64,000 nt of DNA from assembly GCA_965261595.1 (NCBI GenBank), contig CBDHDG010000005.1, forward strand, positions 320,001 through 384,000. Direction: 5' to 3'. Made by a program: the position numbers and the translations under genes. Positions within the stretch are counted from its first letter, which is position 1. The number at the start of each line of letters is the position of its first letter. This DNA is from a bacterium (GTDB taxonomy: Bacteria > UBA8248 > JACPRG01 > G963555815). Shown here piece by piece: positions 19,042 to 29,193 of the stretch. The notes beneath the pieces were generated by a model. That model made no database searches, was not told the origin of the DNA, and saw only the letters and a list, made by a program, of their open reading frames with translations.

Positions 19042-20307
19042 ATGAAAAACCGCTGGGTCATCGTTTTCTCCGCGGCCGTCATCACGACGGTGGGCTTCGG
19101 GAGCCGGGGCGTTTTCGGCGTTTTTTACGTCGAGATGTTGAGAGAGTTCGAGTGGAACCGGGCCGACCTGGCGGGGGTGTATTCCCTGGGTCTGCTCATC
19201 ATGGGGGCCGGGGGCGCGTTGGCGGGCGCGCTCGTGCGGTTTCTCGGCCCGAAGCGGTTCTATCTCCTCGGCGGGCTCCTCGTCGGGCTGACCTTCTACC
19301 TGGCGAGCCGGGTGGAGTCCCTGCTCGACGTGTACCTCGCCTGGGGGGTGTTGGGCGGATTGACCCTGGCCGCCTTGGGGCCCGCTTCGGCCCAGGGGCT
19401 GGTGGCCCGGTGGTTCACGACGCGGAGAGGGCTGGGCATCGGCCTGGTCGGGGCGGGGACGGGGGGCGGGAGCCTCATCCTCGCGCCGTTGGCCCAGACA
19501 TTCATCGACTCGTACGGCTGGCGCGGCGGTTTGGTGGCCGTCGGCGTGATTTCGTTCATCGTGGTTGCCGTCGTAGGCGTGGTGTTCATGCGGGAGCCGC
19601 CGACTGAGATTGCCTCGCAGTCTCCGCCCAAGCCCGAGACCGGCCCGCCCGCCGGAGGGGAGGTGAGGGGGGGAAGCCCGGCCGCGGAGTCCGCCGCTGT
19701 ATGGACCCTGAGCGGCGCCCTTCGGACCGGCCCCATCTGGACGATCTCCATCGCGTGGCTCGGCCTGGCCACATCCATTCATTTCATCGGAACGCATTTT
19801 GTCGCGTTGACCGTGGGTGTGGGGCATCCGGCGCTGTTCGGGTCGACCATCCTGGCGCTCAGCGGCGTGATCTCCATTGTGAACCGTGTGGTCGGCGGGG
19901 GGCTCTCGGACCGGATCGGGCGCGTGAAGACCTTTGTGACCGGGGCGTTCGTGGCGGCCCTCGGCCTGGCCGTCCTGTTTTTCCACCAAACGCCGGATCG
20001 GGTGTGGGACCTCTATCTCTTCGCGGTTCTGTTCGGCGGGGGGATCGGCGCGATGACCGGGCAGACGACGGCCCTGGCGTCGGACATGTACCGGGGAAAG
20101 AATTTCGGGACCATCCTGGGGTTCATCACCATCGGTTTCGGCCTCGGCGGCGCGGCGGGCGCCTGGCTGGGCGGGCTTGTCTACGACCTCACGGGCGGCT
20201 ACCGCGTGGTCGTCGCGTATGAATTCTTCGCCCTGATCATCTCGGCCCTCTTCTTCATCGCCGCCGGCCGGGCTATCCGGAGGTATCAGGGGGTGTCACG
20301 GGTGTAG
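19042..20307 (+). CDS. MFS transporter (OFA/MCT-like)
   Basis: About 12 hydrophobic helices, WFTTRRGLGIG, LSDRIGR motif. Confidence 0.9.
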   Translation: MKNRWVIVFSAAVITTVGFGSRGVFGVFYVEMLREFEWNRADLAGVYSLGLLIMGAGGALAGALVRFLGPKRFYLLGGLLVGLTFYLASRVESLLDVYLAWGVLGGLTLAALGPASAQGLVARWFTTRRGLGIGLVGAGTGGGSLILAPLAQTFIDSYGWRGGLVAVGVISFIVVAVVGVVFMREPPTEIASQSPPKPETGPPAGGEVRGGSPAAESAAVWTLSGALRTGPIWTISIAWLGLATSIHFIGTHFVALTVGVGHPALFGSTILALSGVISIVNRVVGGGLSDRIGRVKTFVTGAFVAALGLAVLFFHQTPDRVWDLYLFAVLFGGGIGAMTGQTTALASDMYRGKNFGTILGFITIGFGLGGAAGAWLGGLVYDLTGGYRVVVAYEFFALIISALFFIAAGRAIRRYQGVSRV

Positions 20308-20515
20308 CCGCCGGAAGCCGAATTTCGCGGGCAGGCGATGGGGGTGGCGTGTGCAAGATTGGACAACATCTTCATGTTTGGACCAATAACAGACAAACGA
20401 GGTTTGTGGTTGTAATCGAGATGTAACCGGTTGATTTATGGTTCCTCATAAGAATCTGTGCACGAGTTTGGGTTTCGGGAGCTTGCCGAGACAGTGATAC
20501 AGGGCAGTGATGTAG

Positions 20516-20866
20516 GTGCGGGCGGTCGAGATCAGGATCCAATACATTGGCCCACTTCGGCAAATCATGACTTGCAAGGAGGAAACCCTCCAAGTCGAGC
20601 CGCCCGTGACGGTGCGAACCGTCCTGAATTGCTTGATTCAAGGTCATGGGGGGCGCCTGAAGAATGTGTTTTACAATACACAGGGCTGGCTCGATTCGAG
20701 TATCCTGTTTGTGATTGACGGTCAAAGGCCGGAGGCGCGAGAAGGGCTCGACACCCCGATTTTCGGCGACGAAGAAATCCAGATCGCCATGGGGATCCCC
20801 ATGTCCGGTGGTGGACCCGGATTCCGGGTAGTCCACCCCCTCCCCCGACATGCGCTTGCGGTGTGA
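20516..20866 (+). CDS. MoaD/ThiS ubiquitin-like sulfur carrier with an extension after the GG
   Basis: Beta-grasp pattern (GLDTPIFGDEEIQI...PMSGG) followed by 17 extra residues. Confidence 0.65.
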   Translation: MRAVEIRIQYIGPLRQIMTCKEETLQVEPPVTVRTVLNCLIQGHGGRLKNVFYNTQGWLDSSILFVIDGQRPEAREGLDTPIFGDEEIQIAMGIPMSGGGPGFRVVHPLPRHALAV

Positions 20867-20914
20867 GGGCGCTATGCTCCGATACGCACAAACCAGATAT
20901 GGAGGTCAGCACAG

Positions 20915-21664
20915 ATGAGCGGAGACGTCGTGAATGATTTTCTGAAGACCTTCGGCAGAACGCCGGATGAGCTTTTCGAGGGAGAAAAGGAGTTCATCGA
21001 AGATTGGCACAAGGACTACAACACCGACCGGCATCACGCTTTCGAGATTCAGGAGGAAGAGTGCGCCCTCATTGTGGTCGACCTCCAAAATGACTTCGTC
21101 GCCCCGAACTCGCCCATCTGGGTCCCCGAGGCCCTGCGGCAGATTCCCCGAAACAAGAGGTTGATCGAAGCCGCCCGCCGGCTTGGCGTCCCGGTCATCT
21201 ACACCGCCCACACCTTCAACGCCGACTGCTACGCCGATTTCCGAGAGTTTTCGGATGCGCACCGCGATGGCGCCCTCATTGAGGGTTCCAAGGGAACTCA
21301 AATTTATCCGGAAGTCTCCCCGGAGGAAGGGGAGCGCGTCATCGACAGCAAGCACAACTACGACGCCTTTGCCGGGACCGATCTGGATTATGTCTTGCGC
21401 GACCACGGAACGAAGACCTGCGTCGTCTGCGGAACGGTGACCAACTTCTGCTGTGAGTCAACGGCGCGCAGCGCATACTTCAAGAACTACCATGTCGTCT
21501 TCGTGGAGGACTGCGTCTCATCTGACAATCCCTACGCCCACGAGTCCACCATCCGCACCTTGCGGCGTGGTTTCGCCCGGGTCTTGAAGAGCGACGAGTT
21601 AATCAACATCTGGACGGAAGGCGATGACCTTTACGCCAAGGCCCGGAAGGCTAGGGAGACCTGA
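20915..21664 (+). CDS. Cysteine hydrolase (isochorismatase/nicotinamidase family)
   Basis: D-K-C triad: VVDLQNDF, SKHNYDAF, GTVTNFCCESTAR; GGAGG RBS. Confidence 0.92.
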   Translation: MSGDVVNDFLKTFGRTPDELFEGEKEFIEDWHKDYNTDRHHAFEIQEEECALIVVDLQNDFVAPNSPIWVPEALRQIPRNKRLIEAARRLGVPVIYTAHTFNADCYADFREFSDAHRDGALIEGSKGTQIYPEVSPEEGERVIDSKHNYDAFAGTDLDYVLRDHGTKTCVVCGTVTNFCCESTARSAYFKNYHVVFVEDCVSSDNPYAHESTIRTLRRGFARVLKSDELINIWTEGDDLYAKARKARET

Positions 21665-23567
21665 TTTTTCGGCCGGGACCTTTCTGCGGATCCATGCATC
21701 CAACGCGTCTCCTCTAGGCCGGCCCTTCTTTTTCTCTAAGTCCCTTCAGGATTTTCTGAGGCGTGACAGGCAGGTCCTTCAAGCGGAGGCCGACAGCGTC
21801 GTAGACGGCGTTGGCAATCACGGCACCGCAAGCGTTCAAGGCGCATTCGGAGCAGCCTTTCGCGCCGAAGGGGCCGTTCGGGTCGTTGGACTCCACAAGG
21901 ATGGAGGTGAAATTCGGCAGCCCCTCCGCCTTTGGCACGGTGTAATCGGCCAAGTTGCCATTGACAAACTGCCCGCCATCCAGCACGGGATGCTCGAATA
22001 GGGCCAATCCGAGTCCCTGAGCGATTTCTCCGTGAATTTGGCCCTCGACAGTGAGCGGATTGATGGCTCGGCCGAGGTCGTCGGCCACGACAATGTCCAC
22101 CAGCCGGACCCCTCCCGTTTCCGTATCCACCTCGACAACGGCGGCGACGCACGCGAAGGAGGCGGCGGCCGTATTCCTGCCGTAATGAGTCTCCGAATCG
22201 GCCACCTCGGTCGGCGGATCCCAACTTGCCTGGACGGAGACGCGATCCCCCCCTGGATGAGAGCGGTCCCCCATAACGACCTCGCTGAGGAGGATCCTCT
22301 TTTCAGGAGCGCCCTTGTTGAAGATCACGCCCCCCTCGATTGCCAGGTCTGCCGGGTCGGCCTCGAGTTGCTCCGCCGCCATCCCGAGCAGACGTTCCCG
22401 GCAGGCAATGGCTGCCTTCCGGACAGCGTTTCCCGCGATCATGGTCAGACGGCTCGCGTATCCCCCAAGGCAGAAGGGTGCGTTTTCCGTATCCGCTTCC
22501 GCGACCTCTACGTCCTGAAAATCCAGGCCCAGCTCTTCGGCCGCAATTTGCGCAAGAACCGTCTTGGCCCCTTGACCCAGCTCCCCTTCGCCGCAGATGA
22601 TCTTGGCCAGGCCGTCTTCGGTGACCTCCACGATCGCCGCTGAACCGTCCCACCCCTCCTCGGCTTCCACGCTGACGTGCTGCCGGATGGAAGTCGAGTG
22701 GATGGCGCATGCCAGGCCCACGCCTGTCCGAAGCGTCCCTTTTTTTAAGGCTGACCGACGTTCCTTCCAGTTCACGGCAGTCATCGTCTTGCGAATGCAC
22801 TCGTCGATCGCGCAGCTCTCCATCTTCCAGCCGTGTATGCTGGTGTCTCCCTGCCGGATCACGTTTCGGAGGCGAATCTCTGCGGGGTCCATTCCCAGTT
22901 TTTCCGCGAGCACATCCAGGTGGGATTCCAGGGCGAAGGCCATCTGCGGGTTGCCGAATCCCCGGAAAGCCCCCGCCGGAAGGAGATTGGTATAGGCCAG
23001 ATAGGCATCGGTTCTGATGTTCTCCATCCGGTACAGGGAATCTATCCGCACGGCCATGTGCATGATGACCTCCGGCGAAAGGCCCGAACAAGCCCCGTTG
23101 TTGCCGTAGATTCGCGTCTGTTTTGCCGCGATGGTTCCGTCTTTGCGAAGCCCCATCTTGAGGTAGGTCTTGGTGGGCATCCGGGGCCGCGAGGCCCCGA
23201 AATCATCCAGCCGCGTATTGAGGAACCGCACAGGCCGGCCCGTCTTGAGCGCAATGAAGGCGGTGATCACGGCCGTCGCGTCCTCGTTCAGCTTCCCGCC
23301 GAATCCTCCTCCGATGTGGGGCTGGATTACCCGGAGCTTCGTGGGGGGGAAATTCAGGGCCTCCGAGACTCGTGCGCGCGTGAAGAAGATGGACTGGGTG
23401 GGCGCATAGAGGGTCAGGCGGCCATGGCTGTCGATATCCGCCAGGGCCCCAAGGGGCTCCATGTAGGATTGAAATCGTGATTATGCCTTTGACGCAGTAA
23501 GACACAAGATATAGGTGCGATTTTGAGACACTACATGTTGTGGTTATCCAACAGGAGGGGGTCACTT

Positions 23568-23783
23568 TTAGGGACCCGTGGAACCACATATCCTCCCATT
23601 GATGATGGCTGGTGGCCCGACGTAAGAGCCCCGAATTTCGAGTGGGATGCGTTTCTTCGGCGGTTTCTTATTCCTTATCCCCATCAAGTAGAAACCCGCA
23701 TAGAAGAGAAGATCAATAACCCTAGAGGCTGCTTCGGAGATGAACCATTCAAAAACGTCAAATCCTTCGCATTTTGCTTCCAT
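23568..23783 (-). CDS. Small hypothetical cargo protein (71 aa)
   Basis: Strong Shine-Dalgarno GAAGGAGG 9 nt before ATG; hydrophobic stretch then basic KKPPKKR. Confidence 0.5.
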   Translation of the reverse strand: MEAKCEGFDVFEWFISEAASRVIDLLFYAGFYLMGIRNKKPPKKRIPLEIRGSYVGPPAIINGRICGSTGP

Positions 23784-23822
23784 TGCCCCAGTCCTCCTTC
23801 AAGGTTGGGTGGTGATGGAACC

Positions 23823-23854
23823 GCAGCGCCAGGGGCGGGATCCCCTGGCGCTGC
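23823..23854. terminator. GC-rich hairpin between the two cargo ORFs
   Basis: GCAGCGCCAGGGG-cgggat-CCCCTGGCGCTGC, perfect 13-bp stem; no clear U-tail on the minus strand. Confidence 0.45.
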
Positions 23855-23876
23855 ACTTGTAAATCTTATTTTCCAC

Positions 23877-24227
23877 TTATTTGCACGAGATGAACTCGCA
23901 CAACGTCTCAAAAACCTTGAATTCCCCTTCAAAACGGAAAGTCGTAGAGCCAGGGATGCTCTTCAGGTATTGGAATCCTTTTGGATGCTCACTCACCATG
24001 AAAATACGCCATTTCTCCTTTGCGTTTCGGTATCCAAGTTTATACAAAGCTACCAAATCGCGATCGTCCAACATGCGAAGTATGAGTTTTCTTCGTTCCA
24101 AATCCACATAAGCGGGGCTGTACACCGCACCTTTTCCGATAAAACAGGCCTTGTTGGATTCTCCAGCCATGACGGCGGAAGATGCGATGAGGGCAGTTGT
24201 AAGTATGCAACCGCCGATAGTACGCAT
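23877..24227 (-). CDS. Hypothetical exported cargo protein (116 aa)
   Basis: Internal ATG gives MRTIGGCILTTALIASSAVMA, a signal-peptide-like N-terminus, then a globular-looking domain. Confidence 0.6.
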   Translation of the reverse strand: MRTIGGCILTTALIASSAVMAGESNKACFIGKGAVYSPAYVDLERRKLILRMLDDRDLVALYKLGYRNAKEKWRIFMVSEHPKGFQYLKSIPGSTTFRFEGEFKVFETLCEFISCK

Positions 24228-25373
24228 GGGCAGACCCCCAGAAAATCGAGGTTGACACGGGCTTGGGGATTTGCTACAAGGAGGGTCTGTGAGGTCCTCT
24301 CTTGTAGCAACGCCCCGGGGTTCCCTCGGGGCTTCCACCCTTTGAAGTTCCATATACCACATGTAGTGGGTCGGATTCAATTTTCGAGGGACCACCATAT
24401 CTTGTGTCTTACTGCGTCAAGGGCATAATCACGATTGAAATTGGTGAGGCGTGGTGTAGCTGTCCTCGTGGGTGACAGCCGATTCCGCGAAGCCCCGCTC
24501 GACATCGCCCCGGCGGATTCGGACCTCCCGGGCGAGGTTCTGACTCCCTTCGTTGACCTGCGGCGCACTGGGAGCGAGGGCCTCCTCGGGGTCAAAGACG
24601 GCGGGAAGCTCCTCATAGTCAACTTCCAGCTGCTCCAGGGCCTCTCGGGCGGCTTCTTCGCTCTTGCCCGCCACCGCCGCCACTTCCTCACCCACATATC
24701 GGACCTTGCCCGACGCCAGGACCTTTTGATCCTTATGAAAGACGCCCCACCGGGTCTTCGGCGCGTCTTCTCCCGTGAGGATGGCCACCACCCCAGGGAC
24801 CCGGGCGGCCTTCTCCGTATGGATCCGCAAGATCCGCGCATGGGCGTGAGGGCTTCGAAGGACCTTGGCATGAGTCATCCGGGGAAGGGCCATGTCGCCG
24901 ACATAACCGGCATTTCCAAGAGCTTTCTCCGGTGCGTCGATTTGCGGGATAGGCCTGCCGACGACCTGTAGCCTCTGCATCCTTATGCTCCTACGCGGAA
25001 TTCCTTCTCTTTGGACATCGAATCACGCAACAGTCACGACTCTCCCCTTGGGTTCAGAGACACCGCATAACCGTCTCTGAATGCTCTTTGTTCCTTCGAA
25101 ATGCGGGATTGATGTGGCGGAATGATAGCATATTCGACGAAGGGTCTCGACTTCTTCCTTCCGTGGGTGAAGTACAAAAATTTGTGTAGAATCTTCGACA
25201 GGGTGTCATCCTATCGGGGCAAGCTCGACCCGGTCCTTCATCAAAAAAATGCCGGGATTGACGCGGCGGCCAAAACAGAGGAAGCTGAAAAATTAACGAA
25301 TGCCGCCGCTAGATTTCAAGAAGAAACGGGACATTCCCGACCCCGTTGCGGCATCGACGTTAAGGGGATTGCG

Positions 25374-26180
25374 GTGATTCGCAGAGACTACCAAGGAGAT
25401 TGGTTTCTCATCACCCAACCCGAGCACGCACGCCTCTCCGGCTTCCTGGCCGGCCATTGGGGAGGGGGAGGGGGGGACTTTGTCCGCTCCGAACCCTGGG
25501 ACGAAGTGTGTCTGGCCGCCGCCGAGCATGACAACGGTTGGCGCGAATGGGACGACCGGCCGAGCCTCAACCCCGAAGGCGCGCCGGCCTACATGTACGA
25601 GAACCCTATCGCCGAAGTCTTCAAGATCCTCCACCGCGGCGCCGGGCGGCTGATCGACCGGGGGCATCCTTACGCGGCCGCCCTGATCAGCCTGCATTAC
25701 GTCAACTGGGCCACGGACGTCCTGACGGGCGTCCGCAGCGGGCAATGGCCCGTTACCCCCCGATTGAGAGCCGAGATTGAGGCCTTCAAGGCCGAGGAAG
25801 AGGAGAGGCGGGACGCTGTTTGCCGCCGCCTCCGGGAGCGGCCGGGGTTTGAGGAGGCCGCCGCGCCGGAGGGAATCCGCCGCAACGGCCGGCTCGTCTG
25901 GACGTTCGATATGTTGTCTCTTATCGTATGCTGCCGCTGGCCCCACGTGGAAAGCCTTGAGGCCGTTCCGTCGGGGGACGGCTTCGGCGCGCTGGCCGTC
26001 GAGTTGGTGGATGACGTGACCCTCCAGGTGAATCCCTGGCCCTTTGATGGCGACGCCTTGGAGTTCGCCGTGCGGGGACGCCGCCTTCCCCCGAAGCCTT
26101 TCCGCCGGGCGTCGGATTTTTGGGACGTTCTCAACCGTGTTCCCGGGTCGGAAATCGTCTTCCGGTTCGCTCCGGCCTGA
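25374..26180 (+). CDS. DUF3891 family protein
   Basis: GTG start; ITQPEHARLSGFLAGHW, AAAEHDNGWREWD, AALISLH. Confidence 0.85.
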   Translation: MIRRDYQGDWFLITQPEHARLSGFLAGHWGGGGGDFVRSEPWDEVCLAAAEHDNGWREWDDRPSLNPEGAPAYMYENPIAEVFKILHRGAGRLIDRGHPYAAALISLHYVNWATDVLTGVRSGQWPVTPRLRAEIEAFKAEEEERRDAVCRRLRERPGFEEAAAPEGIRRNGRLVWTFDMLSLIVCCRWPHVESLEAVPSGDGFGALAVELVDDVTLQVNPWPFDGDALEFAVRGRRLPPKPFRRASDFWDVLNRVPGSEIVFRFAPA

Positions 26181-26371
26181 GGCCTGATGCGTGGACGTAG
26201 GCTAACGGCGGGCGCCATTTGAAAGGCGCCCGGGAATCCCCCTGGGGGCTTATTGGGAGCGCCCGTATTCCTGCGACAGCCGAGGCATCTGCCCAATGAG
26301 CCGTTGAGGGGTCAATTTGAGGCCGACGGGGAGAGGGAGTTTTGTTGTCCACAGACCTCAAAAGAAGACAC

Positions 26372-26401
26372 TTGACAGACTCGGGTTCCTTTTGTTAGCT
26401 T
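26372..26401 (+). promoter_or_regulatory. Putative sigma70 promoter of the ABC operon
   Basis: TTGACA-18 nt-TAGCTT with extended TG. Confidence 0.4.
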
Positions 26402-26558
26402 TAATTCACTCCGAAATGAGAGGACTTGGAAAAGTCGCTCAGCCCGGAAAATCCGTGTGGGCGATTCTAGGCCGGGAAACATTCGAGTCGTCCGGGTCTC
26501 CAATATCGGAATTTTTGGAGAAATCCCTGGTCCATCCAGGCAACCAGCAAGGGGGTGC

Positions 26559-27629
26559 ATGATGGGACGGAAAATATTTTGGGTAATATTCGCGTCGCTT
26601 TTTGCCCTATTTCCTGTTGTTGCGGGAGTCGCGCAAGGACAAACCAAGACCGGCGGGAAATTTGTATGGGAGGGCGTAGACGACAGCGGCAAAAGGTCTC
26701 CTTATCAAGTCACCCGGCCAACACCCAAGAAGGCATACCATATCGGCGTTTCCTTTCCTCACCTGAAAGATCCGTATTGGGTGGATCAGGCGTATGGCGT
26801 TATCAAAGAGGCGAAGGAGCTCGGACTCAAGATCACAATCCTGACTGCCGGAGGCTATCCCTATCTGAGCAAACAGATCGCTCAGATGGAAAACCTCCAG
26901 CAGATGGGAGTGGACCTCATTATTGCCGGCCCTATCAGCTTTAAAGGGAACGTCGCTGTAACGGACGAAATCGTGAAGAAGGGGACGCCTGTCGTCAATC
27001 TTGGCCAGACAAGTGATACGAAGTCATGGACGACCACCGTTTTGGCTGAGGACTACAAGATGGGGGAGATTATTGGGAACTGGATTGTGAAAGATGCCGG
27101 CGGAAAACCCGCCAATGTCGTTATGCTGAGCGGACCCGCCGGTGCCACGTGGACGATGGACCGTTCCCGTGGTTCCCGCGAAGTTTTAAAACAGCATCCC
27201 AACATCAAGATCCTGGCTGAGCGCTGGGCGGATGAAGACCGCTCGGTTCAAACGAAAATCATGGAAAACCTGCTCCAGACATTTCCCAAGATCGATTATG
27301 TGATCGGAGTCGCGTTCCCCGACACGGCCGGCGCCGCGGACGCCATCCGATCGGCGGGACGCGAGGGGAAGGTCAAGATAGCCGCCTCCAGTCTTGATCA
27401 GGCCCTTGTTCCCTTTATGCGAGAGGGGCAGGTCCACTATGCCATCGCAAAGCACATGATCCTCACGGGGCAGGCGATCGTCAGGATGGCGGTCCATCTT
27501 CTGAATGGCCAGAAAAACATTCCGAGACTCATCTATTCCTCGATGGAGGGATTTACGCCGAAAACCCTGAAGGATCTGGATCTAAAGAACGAATTTCCAC
27601 CGAAGAACTGGCGAGTTCCACTTCGCTGA
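26559..27629 (+). CDS. Periplasmic binding protein type 1, TorT-like
   Basis: Signal peptide; FPHLKDPYW...AYG...AGGYPYLSKQIAQ resembles TorT (LKDSYW...AGGY..L..Q..Q). Confidence 0.85.
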   Translation: MMGRKIFWVIFASLFALFPVVAGVAQGQTKTGGKFVWEGVDDSGKRSPYQVTRPTPKKAYHIGVSFPHLKDPYWVDQAYGVIKEAKELGLKITILTAGGYPYLSKQIAQMENLQQMGVDLIIAGPISFKGNVAVTDEIVKKGTPVVNLGQTSDTKSWTTTVLAEDYKMGEIIGNWIVKDAGGKPANVVMLSGPAGATWTMDRSRGSREVLKQHPNIKILAERWADEDRSVQTKIMENLLQTFPKIDYVIGVAFPDTAGAADAIRSAGREGKVKIAASSLDQALVPFMREGQVHYAIAKHMILTGQAIVRMAVHLLNGQKNIPRLIYSSMEGFTPKTLKDLDLKNEFPPKNWRVPLR

Positions 27630-27654
27630 AACCACGTCCTGGATTCTGCGCCGA

Positions 27655-29193
27655 ATGGTCAATTCCGAGCCTCTTCCCGCTCAGTTGAGAGCGGAGAAGA
27701 TCACGAAACGCTTTCCGGGCGTCGTTGCGCTTCGGGACGTCTCCTTCGATCTTCTCAGAGGTGAGGTGCATGTCCTTGTCGGCGAAAACGGCGCCGGCAA
27801 GTCCACGCTGATTAAGGTCTTGTCGGGTGCACACCGTCCGGATGAGGGAACGATCTTCATTGGCGGAGAGCCCGTTAAAATCAGGGAGCCCCGTCATGCC
27901 CAGAATCTCGGCATCTTCACAATCTATCAAGAGCTCCCCCTAGTCCCCCAACTTACGGTTGTGGAGAACGTCTTTCTCGGCCGGGAACGAGGGCTGTCGG
28001 CCCTTTCCATTCTGGCTGCGAAATCCGCCCAGTTGGCCCGGACCCGCGAGGTGCTGGAAAGGCTTGAGTACCCCCTCGACCCGAACGCGCAAGTGCAGGA
28101 CCTTCTCATCGGCGAGCAGCAAATGGTGGCCATCGCCAAGGCACTGGTCAACGACGTCCGGATTCTGATCTTGGATGAACCCACCTCGGCATTGACGGAC
28201 CGTGAGGTCAAGGTCCTTTTTGGAATCATTCGGCGTCTCAAAGAGAGCGGCGTTTCGGTGATCTATATCTCCCACCGCCTGGAGGAAGCGAAGGAAATAG
28301 GCGACAGGATAACGGTTCTCCGGGACGGAAAGACCATCTCGACGATGCCGATAGCCGATGTCGAGCTGACGGACGTCATTCGAATGATGGTCGGGCGGGA
28401 CATCAAAGATAAATTTCCAAAGCTCGAGGTCCCCATTGGAAGACCCTTGTTGGAGGTAAGGGATCTAAGCCGCGGAAAATTCTTTCGAGATGTCAGTTTC
28501 GATCTGCACGAAGGGGAGATCGTTTGTCTCACGGGATTGGTGGGATCGGGTACGACTGAGTTAGGGCGTTCGCTTTTCGGGATTGAACCCGTGGAAAAGG
28601 GAACGCTCAGATTGCGGGGTCAACCGGTGGAGATTCGATCCCCCCGGAGAGGGATTCGCCTGGGCTTCGGCTACATCCCACCTGACAGGAAGCGTGAGGG
28701 CGTCATCAACATTTTAAGCGTAAGGCAGAACATTTCCCTTCCAATTCTTCGCCGCCTGAGTCGGTTCTTTTGGCTCCGTGATAAGGAGGAAAAGCGAATA
28801 TCCGAGGACTTCAGACGCCGCTTGAATATCAAGGCCCCCACGGTGGACACGGTGGTTCAAAACCTGAGTGGCGGAAACCAGCAAAAGGTCGTTCTTGCCA
28901 AGATACTGGCTACACAGGCGAGTTGTTTCATTTTCGATCAGCCTACCGCCGGTATTGACGTCGGCGCGAAGGCTGACATCTACCAATTTGTTGCGGAACT
29001 TGTTCGGGAGGGGGCCGGCGTGATTCTCATCTCTTCGGAGATTCCGGAATGCCTCGCGATTGCCGACCGGATTTTGGTCTTCTATGCAGGTTGCATCGCG
29101 GGGGAATTAAATCGGGAAGAGGCCACACAGGAGCGCATCTTGAACCTGGCCTTCGGCCACGGGCCTGGCCAAATGAGGGAGGTGGCCTCGTGA
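27655..29193 (+). CDS. Sugar-type ABC transporter ATP-binding protein (RbsA-like, tandem NBD)
   Basis: GENGAGKST, ILDEPT, ISHRLEE, LSGGNQQKV, DQPTAGIDVGAK. Confidence 0.95.
   Translation: MVNSEPLPAQLRAEKITKRFPGVVALRDVSFDLLRGEVHVLVGENGAGKSTLIKVLSGAHRPDEGTIFIGGEPVKIREPRHAQNLGIFTIYQELPLVPQLTVVENVFLGRERGLSALSILAAKSAQLARTREVLERLEYPLDPNAQVQDLLIGEQQMVAIAKALVNDVRILILDEPTSALTDREVKVLFGIIRRLKESGVSVIYISHRLEEAKEIGDRITVLRDGKTISTMPIADVELTDVIRMMVGRDIKDKFPKLEVPIGRPLLEVRDLSRGKFFRDVSFDLHEGEIVCLTGLVGSGTTELGRSLFGIEPVEKGTLRLRGQPVEIRSPRRGIRLGFGYIPPDRKREGVINILSVRQNISLPILRRLSRFFWLRDKEEKRISEDFRRRLNIKAPTVDTVVQNLSGGNQQKVVLAKILATQASCFIFDQPTAGIDVGAKADIYQFVAELVREGAGVILISSEIPECLAIADRILVFYAGCIAGELNREEATQERILNLAFGHGPGQMREVAS

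Larger units (their letters stand above)
23476..24433. mobile_element. Non-autonomous IS1595-like insertion cassette (MIC/MITE with passenger ORFs, no transposase)
   Basis: 37-bp TIRs CGTGATTATGCC(T/C)TTGACGCAGTAAGACACAAGATAT (23476-23512; 24397-24433, 1 mismatch); 8-bp direct repeat ATTGAAAT at 23468-23475 and 24434-24441; AT-richer than flanks. Confidence 0.92.
21714..24980 (-). pseudogene. Xanthine dehydrogenase family Mo-binding subunit interrupted by a 958-bp insertion
   Basis: 5' part 24434-24980 (HARILRI), 3' part 21714-23475 (GGGFGGK, AFRGFGNPQ, KGCSE). Removing the element plus one TSD gives ...TPHQFQSYMEPLG..., 766 aa in frame. Confidence 0.92.

Noticed and set aside
20316..20328. 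Left partner of the 30609 IS-like end (AGCCGAATTTCGC)
   Set aside because: Only 10/13 match and no target duplication.
23523..24428. 301-aa plus-strand ORF spanning the cassette as a transposase
   Set aside because: No zinc ribbon, HTH or DDE pattern seen. It is in the same codon register as the two minus-strand ORFs, as expected for an antisense shadow.
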